This document shows positions 8,693-18,796 of a stretch of 64,000 bases of DNA, piece after piece. The position numbers were made by a program, and so were the translations under genes. Position 1 is the stretch's first letter, and each line of letters opens with the position of its first letter. Source of the stretch: Parcubacteria group bacterium GW2011_GWA1_40_21 (lineage in GTDB: Bacteria > Patescibacteriota > Minisyncoccia > Phycocordibacterales > GWA1-40-21). Under the pieces are notes generated by a model. It did no database searches and was not told where the DNA came from. It saw only the letters and a list, made by a program, of their open reading frames with translations. The DNA lies in contig LBYO01000006.1 of NCBI GenBank assembly GCA_000996205.1, positions 1,969-65,968 on the forward strand. The letters run 5' to 3'.

Positions 8693-10207
8693 ATGAAGGA
8701 AAATTTTGAGACAAAACTTTTTGCTGTGCCGGATGAAGTTTCAGGAATAACAAAAACCTTAAAAAAGGCTGGATTTGAGGCTTATCTTGTCGGTGGCTGT
8801 GTCAGAGATCTGCTTTTGGAAAGAAAGCCAAAAGATTGGGATATTACAACAAACGCAAAACCAGAAGATATTATAAGGCTTTTTAAGGAAACATTTTATG
8901 AAAATGATTATGGAACAGTTGGTGTTGTGAATGAAAATGTTTCAGATGAAACACTAAAAGTGGTGGAAGTGACTCCGTATCGGCTGGAGTCTGAATATTC
9001 CGATAAAAGACGCCCTGATTCGGTAATTTTCAGCGAAAAGATTGAAGATGATCTAAAAAGGAGAGATTTCACGATAAATTCAATAGCTTTGGATATAGAA
9101 AACCACCTAGGAGCAGGTAGCATTTATAAAGGACATATCATTGACCCTTATAAAGGACAAGATGATCTGGCGAAAAAAATAATTAGAACTGTTGGCGACC
9201 CTCACGATAGATTTAGCGAGGATGCCTTGAGATTGTTAAGAGCCGTGAGAATATCATCAGAATTAGGTTTCACGATTAACATAGATACGGAAAAAGCTAT
9301 TAAAATTCACGCTCCTTTACTGCAAAAGATTGCAAAGGAGAGAATAAAAGATGAGTTTGTTAGGGTAATAATGTCAGATAGTCCGATGGACGGGCTGATT
9401 TTGTGCCGAAAACTTGGATTATTGCAATATATAATTCCGGAACTAGAGAAATCAGTATCAGTGGAGCAGAACAAAGCTCACTCTTATGATGTGTGGGAGC
9501 ATTTATTAAGGACAATTCAGCATTCCGCCAAAAAGAAGTATCCGCTTGAAATCAGACTCGCCGCGCTTCTTCACGACATTTCAAAACCGGAAACAAGGCG
9601 GTGGGGAAAAGAGCAGAGTCAATACACATTTTACGGGCACGAAGTGGTCGGAGCTAGAGTCGCGACGAAAATATTATCCGATTTGAAATTGCCTAAAAAA
9701 ATAATTGACAAGGTCTCAACCCTTGTCAGGTGGCATATGTTTTTCTCTGACACGGAACAAATCACTTTGTCCGCAGTAAGAAGAATGATAGCCAATGTTG
9801 GGAAAGATAATATCTGGGATCTTATAAACTTAAGGATTTGCGACAGGATGGGAACAGGCAGGCCGAAAGAGAGCCCTTACAGATTGAGAAAATACAAGTC
9901 AATGATTGAAGAAGCTATGATGGATCCCGTGTCGGTCGGAATGATCAAAATTGACGGAAATCGTATAATAAAAATAACGAGCACGGCACCAAGCCCCAAA
10001 ATAGGCTATATTTTACATAGCCTTTTGGACGAAGTGCTGGAAAATCCGAAATTGAACACGGAAGAATATTTGGAAAAAAGAACACTGGAACTTGCCAAGT
10101 TGCCGGAATCGGAACTTAAAATACTAGGTGAAAAAGGGAAGGATAAGAAAGAGGAAGAGGAAGAAAAGAAAATTGAAGAAATAAGAAAAAAGCATTGGGT
10201 CAAGTAG
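8693..10207 (+). CDS. cca: CCA-adding tRNA nucleotidyltransferase with HD domain
   Basis: GGCVRDLLL...DWDI nucleotidyltransferase head, RRDFTINS, C-terminal HD (LLHDISKP); the track ORF start at 8423 overlaps tRNA-Arg, so the internal Met at 8693 is preferred. Confidence 0.85.
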   Translation: MKENFETKLFAVPDEVSGITKTLKKAGFEAYLVGGCVRDLLLERKPKDWDITTNAKPEDIIRLFKETFYENDYGTVGVVNENVSDETLKVVEVTPYRLESEYSDKRRPDSVIFSEKIEDDLKRRDFTINSIALDIENHLGAGSIYKGHIIDPYKGQDDLAKKIIRTVGDPHDRFSEDALRLLRAVRISSELGFTINIDTEKAIKIHAPLLQKIAKERIKDEFVRVIMSDSPMDGLILCRKLGLLQYIIPELEKSVSVEQNKAHSYDVWEHLLRTIQHSAKKKYPLEIRLAALLHDISKPETRRWGKEQSQYTFYGHEVVGARVATKILSDLKLPKKIIDKVSTLVRWHMFFSDTEQITLSAVRRMIANVGKDNIWDLINLRICDRMGTGRPKESPYRLRKYKSMIEEAMMDPVSVGMIKIDGNRIIKITSTAPSPKIGYILHSLLDEVLENPKLNTEEYLEKRTLELAKLPESELKILGEKGKDKKEEEEEKKIEEIRKKHWVK

Positions 10208-10244
10208 AGGGTTAAGCAGTACTCAAATTTTATAAATAAAGTCG

Positions 10245-10285
10245 AGCAATGAAAAAGTCGTTAAACGCGATCTTTGGGGGTTTAA
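10245..10285 (+). terminator. Hairpin terminator after cca (aaagtcgttaaac...gtttaacgacttt)
   Basis: 12-bp perfect stem 40 nt after cca stop. Confidence 0.5.
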
Positions 10286-10633
10286 CGACTTTTAAAGATT
10301 CGCTTTTATCTTAAATTAAATTTTTTTGCATAATATCCTAATGCTGTGGGTGTTGATATTTGCAAAATTTAATTTAATAATTTTTTAGCGATCTTTTTTA
10401 GAGAGTTTGGCCAACTCATTTTTGGAAAGAACTTTTTTCTTTCAAGCCGCTGTAGATTTTGCGCAACTTGAATCTGTAAACATTTTATCATCTATAAAGG
10501 ACATGTAAAGGACATAGCTGTGGATAACTAAAATAGTCGGAAGTTTGTAAAGTTATAAAGTCCATAAAGTGAAGGTATGTAGTCTTTTTTCTCACTTCTT
10601 ATTCTAACTTTATAAACTTGATGACTTTCTACT

Positions 10634-11404
10634 TTAAAACTCAAGCTCCAGCGAAATAGGGCAGTGGTCGGAGCCAAGGATGTTGTAAAGGACATCGGCT
10701 TTTTTCAAATCTTGTTTTAAATCTGCGCTGACGAAAAAATAATCCAATCTCCAGCCGACATTTCTGTCTCGGGCAAAAGTTTTCATATCCCAGTAAGTAT
10801 ATTTGTTTTTCGCTTCGGGATAAAAATATCTGAAGGTGTCAATGTACCCACAACCAACGACTTTATCTATCCAAGCCCTTTCAACCGGCAAGAAGCCTGT
10901 ATTGTTTTCATTTTCTTTCGGTCTGGCGAGATCAATTTCTTTATGAGCGGTGTTTATGTCTCCGCAAAATATTATTTTATGACCATTTTTCCTTAATTTT
11001 TCAATATAATTCATAAAAGCATCGTAAAATCTTAATTTATAGTCAAGACGCACTGGCCCGCCTCCTCCATTGGGAAAATAAATATTAATTAAGACAAAAT
11101 CTTTGAAGAATAAAGCCAAAAGCCTGCCTTCTTGGTCAAATTCTTCTATTCCCATTCCATATTCCACTTTATCTGGCTCTACTTTGGTGAAAACCGCCAC
11201 ACCACTATAGCCCTTTTTAATTTTGGAATGGTCAAAATAAGAATGATAACCTTGGGTATTTCTTACTTCATCCGGTAATTGTTCGGGGTGCGCTTTGGTC
11301 TCTTGAAGGCAGAAAATATCCGGCGATTCATTCTTAAACCATTCCCAACAACCCTTTTTATAACAAGCCCGCAAGCCGTTAACATTCCAAGAGATAAGTT
11401 TCAT
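10634..11404 (-). CDS. xth: Exodeoxyribonuclease III
   Basis: MKLISWNVNGLRA N-terminus and C-terminal GSDHCP motif of the EEP family. Confidence 0.9.
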   Translation of the reverse strand: MKLISWNVNGLRACYKKGCWEWFKNESPDIFCLQETKAHPEQLPDEVRNTQGYHSYFDHSKIKKGYSGVAVFTKVEPDKVEYGMGIEEFDQEGRLLALFFKDFVLINIYFPNGGGGPVRLDYKLRFYDAFMNYIEKLRKNGHKIIFCGDINTAHKEIDLARPKENENNTGFLPVERAWIDKVVGCGYIDTFRYFYPEAKNKYTYWDMKTFARDRNVGWRLDYFFVSADLKQDLKKADVLYNILGSDHCPISLELEF

Positions 11405-11434
11405 TACTTACAATAATATCACATTCACTCCACT

Positions 11435-11716
11435 CTATAGGCGTTTACTCGCTTTTTCATAAACGATTGACCTGTGTCCGATGTAGAATATTTTAACCTC
11501 TCGGCCTTCAATGCGATAAATTATACGATGATCGCCGACTCTTAATTTTCTGTATCCTTTCAGCGAGCGCCTAAGTGGCTTGCCGAACAATTCCGGACAA
11601 ACGGTCAGCTTTTCTCCAATGGCTTTTTTGATTTTATTTTTATCAAAATGGGATAATTTGGGAATATCTTTTTTCGCAACATCCGGGTGATAAACGATAT
11701 CAAAATTTACACCCAT
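11435..11716 (-). CDS. RelE/ParE-family type II toxin
   Basis: GYRKLRVGDHRIIYRIEG...IGHR pattern; overlaps upstream antitoxin ORF by 10 nt. Confidence 0.7.
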   Translation of the reverse strand: MGVNFDIVYHPDVAKKDIPKLSHFDKNKIKKAIGEKLTVCPELFGKPLRRSLKGYRKLRVGDHRIIYRIEGREVKIFYIGHRSIVYEKASKRL

Positions 11717-11928
11717 GCTTTTTTATTAGAAACGAATTTAACTTTTTCCTTATCTCTTTCTGACGCGATAATATCAAAAAATTCATCCTCTTCAGTTTCA
11801 ACTCCAATGCGAATAAGCTCCGCCGCCTTTGTGGCTTGCGGGACTTGATCTCTTTTTGCCAGTTTGGCAAGAATACTCTCCAATGGCGCCGAAAGGCTTA
11901 CATTCACTCTTTTCTTTGTTGTAGTCAT
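11707..11928 (-). CDS. Ribbon-helix-helix-type antitoxin
   Basis: 73-aa ORF with N-terminal RHH-like KRVNVSLSAPLESILAKLAKRD segment; translationally coupled to the toxin. Confidence 0.55.
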   Translation of the reverse strand: MTTTKKRVNVSLSAPLESILAKLAKRDQVPQATKAAELIRIGVETEEDEFFDIIASERDKEKVKFVSNKKAWV

Positions 11929-11982
11929 AACAATAATGTATCAAAAGTGTAACACCTGTGTCAATGGTCGCATAAACGCAGA

Positions 11983-12702
11983 TTAAAACATCGTCCACTC
12001 TATCGGCATTTGCCCAGTTTTAAAAAGATAATCGTTAGTTTTGGAGAAATGCTTAGAGCCGAAGAAGCCGGAGTTGGCGGAGTAGGGGGATGGGTGAGGG
12101 GCTTTTAGGACAAGGTGTTTTCTGGCATCTATCAGACTTTCTTTTTCTTGGGCGAATTTGCCCCAGAGAAGGAAAACGATATTTTCTCTTTTGTCGGAAA
12201 GCGCTTTGATGGCGGCGTTGGTAAGTTTTTCCCAGCCGAGATCGCGATGAGAGGCTGGCGAACTAGCGCGGACAGTAAGGATGGCGTTGAGCAATAAAAC
12301 ACCTTGCTTGGCCCAGCTTTCCAAATTGCCGTTTTTTGTTTTTGGCGGTTTAACCGCCAAGTCGCTTTCTATTTCTTTAAATATATTTACCAAAGACGGC
12401 GGGGGATTGACACCGTCCGGCACGGAAAAAGAAAGCCCATGCGCTTGCCCTTTGCCGTGATACGGATCTTGGCCCAGAATAACGACTTTGACTTTATCAA
12501 ACGGGGTGAGATTGAAAGCGTTGAAAATTTGCTTTGGCGGGGGATAAACAATAACGCCGGATTCCAATTCCTCCGCCAGCTTTTTCTTCAACTCCTTCAT
12601 ATACTCCGCGCCAAACTCTTCCATTAAAGCCTTTTTCCAGCCTTCTTCAATTTGGGGATTGAGCGTTGTTTCGGTGATCATAGCTATAAACAAGTTTAAC
12701 AT
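11983..12702 (-). CDS. ung: Uracil-DNA glycosylase
   Basis: VVILGQDPYHG...GQAHGLSFSV, HPSPYSA motifs. Confidence 0.9.
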   Translation of the reverse strand: MLNLFIAMITETTLNPQIEEGWKKALMEEFGAEYMKELKKKLAEELESGVIVYPPPKQIFNAFNLTPFDKVKVVILGQDPYHGKGQAHGLSFSVPDGVNPPPSLVNIFKEIESDLAVKPPKTKNGNLESWAKQGVLLLNAILTVRASSPASHRDLGWEKLTNAAIKALSDKRENIVFLLWGKFAQEKESLIDARKHLVLKAPHPSPYSANSGFFGSKHFSKTNDYLFKTGQMPIEWTMF

Positions 12703-12812
12703 TAAAAATACCAGATGTGCGCATCATATTATAAAAAGTTGACGAAGTAATAAAAGGCATATATTATTAATTAGAACTTTAAAAACCTTGATCTTTATTG
12801 AAAGGATATATT

Positions 12813-13103
12813 ATGGGTTTAGAACGATGCCTGTGGGAAATAATTGAGTCAAAAATGAGTTTACTGGGAGAAAAATGGGAAAATGTTACAAGAATTACTT
12901 TGTCAGAAGTTTCTCTTGCGGAGGCTTCCTGGCCAGAATCAAAAAGATATACCATTGCTGAATTTAAAAACTTCATTGAATCTGGCAAAAAAATTGCTTT
13001 TTACATATGGTGCAAGAATTTTCTTATCTATAAAGATAGAAATTTAAACCCCACACCCACAACCCCGCATCAATTATTCCATGTCCCATGGGTAACTTCT
13101 TAA
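12813..13103 (+). CDS. Hypothetical protein
   Basis: ORF with aaaggatat SD-like sequence; no domain recognised. Confidence 0.3.
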   Translation: MGLERCLWEIIESKMSLLGEKWENVTRITLSEVSLAEASWPESKRYTIAEFKNFIESGKKIAFYIWCKNFLIYKDRNLNPTPTTPHQLFHVPWVTS

Positions 13104-13201
13104 TGTTTCGTAAACTGCCTTCTCTGCTAAAAACAGTGCGGGCAGTTTTTATTTTTATATCCTATCTATATTCTTTCTCCTTGCCACTCGCATCACTTCG
13201 A

Positions 13202-14128
13202 TCAGCTTCGACGGGTGCGGTGAAAATTTTTATGAACATCGCGGAGCTGTTTGTCCGTTACATGGGTGTAGATTTGGGTGGTGGCGATGTTGGAGTGGCC
13301 GAGGAGGGCTTGGACGGAGCGGATGTCGGCGCCGTTGCTTAATAAATCAGTGGCGAAGCAATGGCGGATGACATGAGGCGTGACTTTTTTGGAAATTCCG
13401 GCTTTGATAGCGTAATGTTTGACGATCCTTTCTATTGATCTTGGTGTCAGTCTTAGGTTGTAGGTTGTAGGTTGTAGGTTGTAGGGGGGGGTCCTAACAA
13501 ACAAGGCATCGTCCATATCTTTTCTTTTGTCCAAATAATTTTTTACTGCCGTTTTGGCTTCACTGGAAAGAAAAACAACCCTAATTTTTTCGCCTTTGCC
13601 TCTAATGGAAAATTCGTCCGACTTCAAACTGATGTCTCTTGGCAGGGAACAAAGTTCGGAAACACGTAAGCCTGTGGAAAAAAATAATTCTAAAATTGCT
13701 CTGTCTCTTAATCCCTTTAGCTCGCTAGTGTCTGGAGCATTCATCAGCCGATTAAGCTCCTCCGGCGTGATGAGGTCAAGCGACCTTTCTCCGATTTTCG
13801 CGAGCTCAATCCTCTCCGGAGGCAAAGTTTTAATACCCCGCTTTATCATATACTTCAGAAAAGAACGGAGGGCGATCAAATAATAATTCTGGGTATTTTT
13901 CTTAAGATTTTCCTTTCGGCCGTCAATTGTTTCCCCTGATTCTTGGCGATTCAGCCACAGTCTATATTCTCTCAAAACATCATCAGTAATGCCTTTCGGG
14001 TCATTGAGTTTTGAAAAGTCAAAAAATCTGCTCAAATACCTGTCATAGTTGGCGACAGTTTTGAGGCTTCTTCCTTTCTCAATTTCCAAATGCTCCAAAT
14101 ATTGCCGCTTTAATTGCTCTAGTGTCAT
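13202..14128 (-). CDS. Tyrosine recombinase XerC/XerD-like, with internal repeat insertion
   Basis: C-terminal HVIRHCFATDLL...LLGHSNIATTQIYTHV catalytic box; contains heptamer tandem repeat plus C8 tract at 13455-13491. Confidence 0.85.
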   Translation of the reverse strand: MTLEQLKRQYLEHLEIEKGRSLKTVANYDRYLSRFFDFSKLNDPKGITDDVLREYRLWLNRQESGETIDGRKENLKKNTQNYYLIALRSFLKYMIKRGIKTLPPERIELAKIGERSLDLITPEELNRLMNAPDTSELKGLRDRAILELFFSTGLRVSELCSLPRDISLKSDEFSIRGKGEKIRVVFLSSEAKTAVKNYLDKRKDMDDALFVRTPPYNLQPTTYNLRLTPRSIERIVKHYAIKAGISKKVTPHVIRHCFATDLLSNGADIRSVQALLGHSNIATTQIYTHVTDKQLRDVHKNFHRTRRS

Positions 14129-14351
14129 AAATGTGTAGCCACATTATACTACTGATTAGTTTACAGGTTCTAGTGAATAGGTGTTAACCAAAAGAAGATG
14201 ACAATAATTTTCAATTATCAATTTTCAGTTTTTATTGAATTTCCAATTTCTAAATTTTCAACCTAAAACCTAACCACTAGAAACTAAAACCTGTTTGAAC
14301 GACGAAATGACAATCGCCAGTCGTGCTGATATAATAACTATAATTAAGCAA

Positions 14352-14855
14352 ATGAGATCTTCACAAAAATTTTTAAATAAGTTCCACAAGTCCAAATCAA
14401 AGGGTTTCGGTCTTATTGAAATTATTATCGGGTCGGCAATTTTGACGGTTTCTCTCATCGCCATATCAACTTATTTTCAAAAATCACTCCAGCTAAGCCA
14501 AGACAGCGGTAAGACAGTGCAAGCCGGCTTTCTTTTGGAAGAAGGCGTGGAGGTCGTAAAATTTTTTCGCGACACAAGCTGGGTTAATATTTCCGGATTA
14601 ACGGCGGGGACTTCTTATTATCTCCAATTTGACGGGACAAAATGGGCGACGACTTCTTCCAATGTTTTTGTTGACGGAATTTTTGAGAGAAAATTTGTCG
14701 TAGACAATGTGTCCCGCGATGCGAATGACGACATCGTTTCCTCCGGCGGAACAAATGACGCAGACACCAAAAAAGCAACGGTTTCGGTTTCGTGGCTCGG
14801 AAGAAATGGCACCACGACCAAATCAATTTCAACTTATATAACAAATATTTTTTAA
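14352..14855 (+). CDS. Type IV pilin-like protein (prepilin N-terminal methylation motif)
   Basis: KGFGLIEIIIGSAILTV class III signal peptide. Confidence 0.6.
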   Translation: MRSSQKFLNKFHKSKSKGFGLIEIIIGSAILTVSLIAISTYFQKSLQLSQDSGKTVQAGFLLEEGVEVVKFFRDTSWVNISGLTAGTSYYLQFDGTKWATTSSNVFVDGIFERKFVVDNVSRDANDDIVSSGGTNDADTKKATVSVSWLGRNGTTTKSISTYITNIF

Positions 14856-14859
14856 GAAT

Positions 14860-15390
14860 ATGCCAAAACAAAAAACAAAGCCGAAATATTTTCAAAAAGG
14901 GTTTTCTCTTGCAGAGATGATAATATATGCCGCGATTTTAAGCATTCTGACTATTGTTACGATCAATTCAACATTTTCCATAGTAAGATCATTCGCTGAA
15001 TTCAGAACAGCCAGAGATTTGAATTCATCGGCGGCTTCTCTTTTGGAAAGAATGACGAGAGAGATCAGAGCGGCAAACGGCATTGATCTAATTCAGAGCG
15101 CTCTCGGCGCGAATCCGGGACGGCTCACTCTTTTAACCAAAGATGTGAGTGGCGCCGATACCACAGTGGAATTCTACGTTGAAAACAGCAAACTTAAAAT
15201 CAGGGAAGGCGGAGCGGCAATGGGGTCGCTCGTATCGAGCAGTACCGCTGTGACCAGTTTCATTGTTCGTTCTTTGTCAAATCCGAATTCAGGCGCGATA
15301 AAGACCGAGCTCGGACTGACCGCTACGCGAGGGGGAGTTTCAAAAAGCGGCAATTTTTACAGCACGATACTTCTTCGAGGAAGTTATTAA
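14860..15390 (+). CDS. Type IV pilin/pseudopilin-like protein
   Basis: QKGFSLAEMIIYAAILSILTI prepilin motif. Confidence 0.6.
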   Translation: MPKQKTKPKYFQKGFSLAEMIIYAAILSILTIVTINSTFSIVRSFAEFRTARDLNSSAASLLERMTREIRAANGIDLIQSALGANPGRLTLLTKDVSGADTTVEFYVENSKLKIREGGAAMGSLVSSSTAVTSFIVRSLSNPNSGAIKTELGLTATRGGVSKSGNFYSTILLRGSY

Positions 15391-15401
15391 ATAAAAAAAA
15401 T

Positions 15402-16712
15402 ATGCCATTCAAATTTAAAAAAGAATTTTATTCAAAAAAAATTAGTTCCGAAAAAGGGGCGGCTCTTTTGATAGCTGTTCTTTTTTTTCTAATTATTTCC
15501 GTGACTATCGTCGTCAGCTCCAGCGGTCCAGTTATTGCCGACAGGAAAGCGGCGCAGAATCTTATCAAGAGCAAAGCTTCTTATTTCGCTTCGGAAGCTG
15601 GAGTGGAAGATGTTTCTTATAGGATTATCAAATCAAAAAATTACGACAATGAAGAAACTTTGATTTTGGACGGATACACCGCTTCATCAGCCGTCATTGA
15701 CAGTGGTGACGACAAAGAAGTGACGACAACAGGCAATGTCTCTAATCACATTAGAAAAACCAAAACGAAATTGATTCCCGGCACAGGCGCATCTTTCCAT
15801 TACGGCGTTCAGGTCGGAAACGGCGGACTTATTATGTCCAACTTTTCGCGCGTTGACGGAAATGTTTTTTCCAACGGGCAAATCAGCGGATCCAACAGCA
15901 ACATCATCAATGGAGATGTGATCTCGGCGGGATCATCAGGGCTTATCACAGGCATTCATACCGCAGACTCCGCTTATGCGCATACGATTACAAACTCCAC
16001 TGTAGGAGAAGATGCTTATTATCAAACCACTTCAGGAACATCCGTCGAGGGAGCTTCCTATCCGGGCAGTCCAGATCAGTCAATCGCACCTATGCCCATC
16101 TCTGATACCAAAATAGAAGAGTGGAAAAGCGAGGCTCTGGCGGGAGGTGTTCATACCTCGCCTTGCCCTTATTCTGTAAGCGGAACTGTTTCCATCGGAC
16201 CAAAAAAAATAAATTGTGATCTTAACTTAGATGGCTCAGACGAGGTTACTCTAAATGGCAATGTTTGGGTTTCGGGAAATATTACTTTCAGCAATTCTGC
16301 CATTTTGAAAATCAATCCTTCTTTGGGCGATAAAACTGTGGTTATGGTGGCTGACAAAGAGTCAAACAGAAGCTCAAGCGGCACGATATCTTTAGCCAAC
16401 AGCTCTCAATTTTTCGGCACGGGAAGCGTCAAATCTTACATACTTCTTATCTCTCACAATAATAGCGCCGAAATGGGAGGAGGAAATTCTGCAATCAATG
16501 TGGCGAACAGCGCTAACGGCAAAGTCCTCTTATACGCGCCGCACGGCACGATTAATTTATCCAATAGCATAAGCGTTAAAGAAGCTTCCGCTTATAAAAT
16601 TCAATTAAATAATTCTGCCAGCGTCCTTTATGAAACAGGCATAGCTAATTTGCTTTTTACAGCTGGTCCTTCTGGAGGATATTCCATAGATAGTTGGCAG
16701 GAAACACAATAG
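15402..16712 (+). CDS. PilX-like minor pilin / pilus-associated large protein
   Basis: N-terminal hydrophobic anchor EKGAALLIAVLFFLIISV then Gly/Ser/Asn-rich extracellular beta-rich region; third gene of a tight operon with the two pilins. Confidence 0.45.
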   Translation: MPFKFKKEFYSKKISSEKGAALLIAVLFFLIISVTIVVSSSGPVIADRKAAQNLIKSKASYFASEAGVEDVSYRIIKSKNYDNEETLILDGYTASSAVIDSGDDKEVTTTGNVSNHIRKTKTKLIPGTGASFHYGVQVGNGGLIMSNFSRVDGNVFSNGQISGSNSNIINGDVISAGSSGLITGIHTADSAYAHTITNSTVGEDAYYQTTSGTSVEGASYPGSPDQSIAPMPISDTKIEEWKSEALAGGVHTSPCPYSVSGTVSIGPKKINCDLNLDGSDEVTLNGNVWVSGNITFSNSAILKINPSLGDKTVVMVADKESNRSSSGTISLANSSQFFGTGSVKSYILLISHNNSAEMGGGNSAINVANSANGKVLLYAPHGTINLSNSISVKEASAYKIQLNNSASVLYETGIANLLFTAGPSGGYSIDSWQETQ

Positions 16713-16751
16713 CCCAAAACTCGAAGACTGTCGTATGTTAAGATATAACAA

Positions 16752-17516
16752 ATGAAAAAAATTATTATCGCGAATTGGAAAATGAATCCATCTTCCGCCA
16801 AAGAGGCGGAGCGGATTTTGAATGGAGTGAAAAAGACGGCCGTAAGGCTGAAAAAGACGCAAGTAGTAATTTGTCCGCCTTTTATTTATTTGAATAATCT
16901 GAAAAAAATTATCGGGAAGTCGGCAAATTTGTCATTAGGCGCGCAAAACGCGTTTTGGGAAGTTGAAGGAGCTTTCACGGGGGAAGTGAGTCCGGAGATG
17001 ATAAGAAATTACGGCGGTTCCTATGTGATTTTGGGCCACTCCGAGAGACGAGCTCTCGGCGAAACTGATGAAATAGTGAGTAAAAAGACATTAACTTGCT
17101 TAAAAACCGGATTAAAAACAGTCGTGTGCATTGGAGAAAAAATTCGCGATGAGCAAGGTGATTATTTGGTTTTCTTGAGAGACGAAATTCGCAACTCGCT
17201 TAATAAAATTCAGAAAAAATTCTTGAAAAGCGTAATAATCGCCTATGAACCGATCTGGGCGATAGGCAAGAAAGATACGGAAGCTATGAGTCCCGCGGAT
17301 ATTCACGAAATGGCTATTTATATAAAAAAGATTTTGTCTGAAATCTACGGACAAGAAAGCGCTCTTGCCGTGCCGATTCTATACGGAGGCTCAGTGGGAG
17401 GAGGGAATGCTGGAAACATAATTAAAAGCGGGGGAGTGGATGGTTTACTCGTCGGACATCAGAGCCTTAAGCCGGAAAACTTCAGTGAAATACTGATGTC
17501 GGCGGAAAACTTTTAA
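16752..17516 (+). CDS. tpiA: Triosephosphate isomerase
   Basis: ANWKMN, AYEPIWAIGTG-like, GGSV motifs. Confidence 0.9.
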   Translation: MKKIIIANWKMNPSSAKEAERILNGVKKTAVRLKKTQVVICPPFIYLNNLKKIIGKSANLSLGAQNAFWEVEGAFTGEVSPEMIRNYGGSYVILGHSERRALGETDEIVSKKTLTCLKTGLKTVVCIGEKIRDEQGDYLVFLRDEIRNSLNKIQKKFLKSVIIAYEPIWAIGKKDTEAMSPADIHEMAIYIKKILSEIYGQESALAVPILYGGSVGGGNAGNIIKSGGVDGLLVGHQSLKPENFSEILMSAENF

Positions 17517-17636
17517 TTCTTTATTTGCGAAAATTCCACTCTTTCATTCCCCCCTCCCCAGTTTTAAGTTTTAAGTTTTAGAAAATATCTGGAACCTAAA
17601 ACTGGGGAGGGAAAATCCAGATTTAGAAAATAAATT

Positions 17637-18770
17637 ATGGACTTTAAAACTATCAAAGATATCGAAAATTTGAGAGGCAAAAGGGTGCTTTTGAGGCTTG
17701 ATCTCAATGTTCCCATAATTGATGGGGTATTGCTAGATGATTTCCGCATCAAGAAATCGATGTCTACTCTGAACTTCCTCCGTGAAAACGGCGCCAAAAC
17801 CATAGTAATAAGCCACATAGAAAGCGTTGAAACAAAATCTTTAAAAGCTGTCTACGAATACTTATCTAAATTTTTTAATATCCTTTTTTTAAAAGACTAT
17901 TTCGGCGAAGAAACTAAAAAGGCCATAGACGGAATGAATGAGGGTGATTTTATTCTTTTGGAAAATTTGAGAATTTACGAAGGCGAAGAGAAAAGTTCCG
18001 AACACTTTGCCCGACAGTTAGCGTCGCTTGGAGAGATTTATGTCAATGAAGCATTTTCGGTTTCGCACAGACAACACGCTTCCATAGTCGGAGTGCCGAA
18101 GTTTCTTCCGAGCTATGCCGGAATTTTGTTTGAAGAAGAGGTTGCGAATTTATCCAAAGCCTTTAATCCAGAACATCCGTTTTTATTCATATTGGGCGGA
18201 GCAAAGTTTGAAACCAAAATGCCACTTATTGAAAAATTTCTTAAACTGGCGGATTTTGTTTTTGTCGGAGGAGCTTTGGCAAATGACTTCTTCAAAGAGA
18301 AAGGCTATGAGACGGGATTATCAGTTTTGTCAGCCAAAAAATTTAATCTGGGGAAAATGTTGGATTCAGATAAATTGCTTTTGCCAGCCGATGTCGTGGT
18401 AAAAAATAATCAAGGAGTTTTCATAAAAAGGCCGAGTCAAGTATTAAAGGAAGATAAAATTCTGGACGACGGACCCGCCACGATTTCAATGCTGGAGAAA
18501 AAATTATTATCGTCAAAATTCGTCCTCTGGAACGGACCATTGGGCGATTATGAAAAAGGTTTCCGAGAGGGTACGGTTGAGCTCGCGAGAGCAATCGCCA
18601 AAAGCGGTGCGAAGTCAATCATCGGGGGAGGCGACACTTTGGCCGTCGTTTCAAAAATGAATCTGGAAAACAAATTTTCTTTCATCTCCACCGGCGGCGG
18701 AGCGATGCTTGATTTTCTAGCGAACGAAACCTTGCCGGGGATTGAAGCGCTGGAACAAAGTTCTGGTTGA
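17637..18770 (+). CDS. pgk: Phosphoglycerate kinase
   Basis: RLDLNVP N-terminal motif and C-terminal GGGA...GGGD nucleotide-binding motifs. Confidence 0.9.
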   Translation: MDFKTIKDIENLRGKRVLLRLDLNVPIIDGVLLDDFRIKKSMSTLNFLRENGAKTIVISHIESVETKSLKAVYEYLSKFFNILFLKDYFGEETKKAIDGMNEGDFILLENLRIYEGEEKSSEHFARQLASLGEIYVNEAFSVSHRQHASIVGVPKFLPSYAGILFEEEVANLSKAFNPEHPFLFILGGAKFETKMPLIEKFLKLADFVFVGGALANDFFKEKGYETGLSVLSAKKFNLGKMLDSDKLLLPADVVVKNNQGVFIKRPSQVLKEDKILDDGPATISMLEKKLLSSKFVLWNGPLGDYEKGFREGTVELARAIAKSGAKSIIGGGDTLAVVSKMNLENKFSFISTGGGAMLDFLANETLPGIEALEQSSG

Positions 18771-18796
18771 AGGAAGTATTCAAGCCGTTTTAATTG

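Noticed and set aside
10208-10633. 425-bp AT-rich spacer with a DnaA box as chromosomal origin
   Set aside because: There is only a single consensus DnaA box, no clustered boxes or DUE-like 13-mers, and no dnaA/dnaN nearby. It is more likely ordinary promoter/terminator space containing family-(c) repeats.
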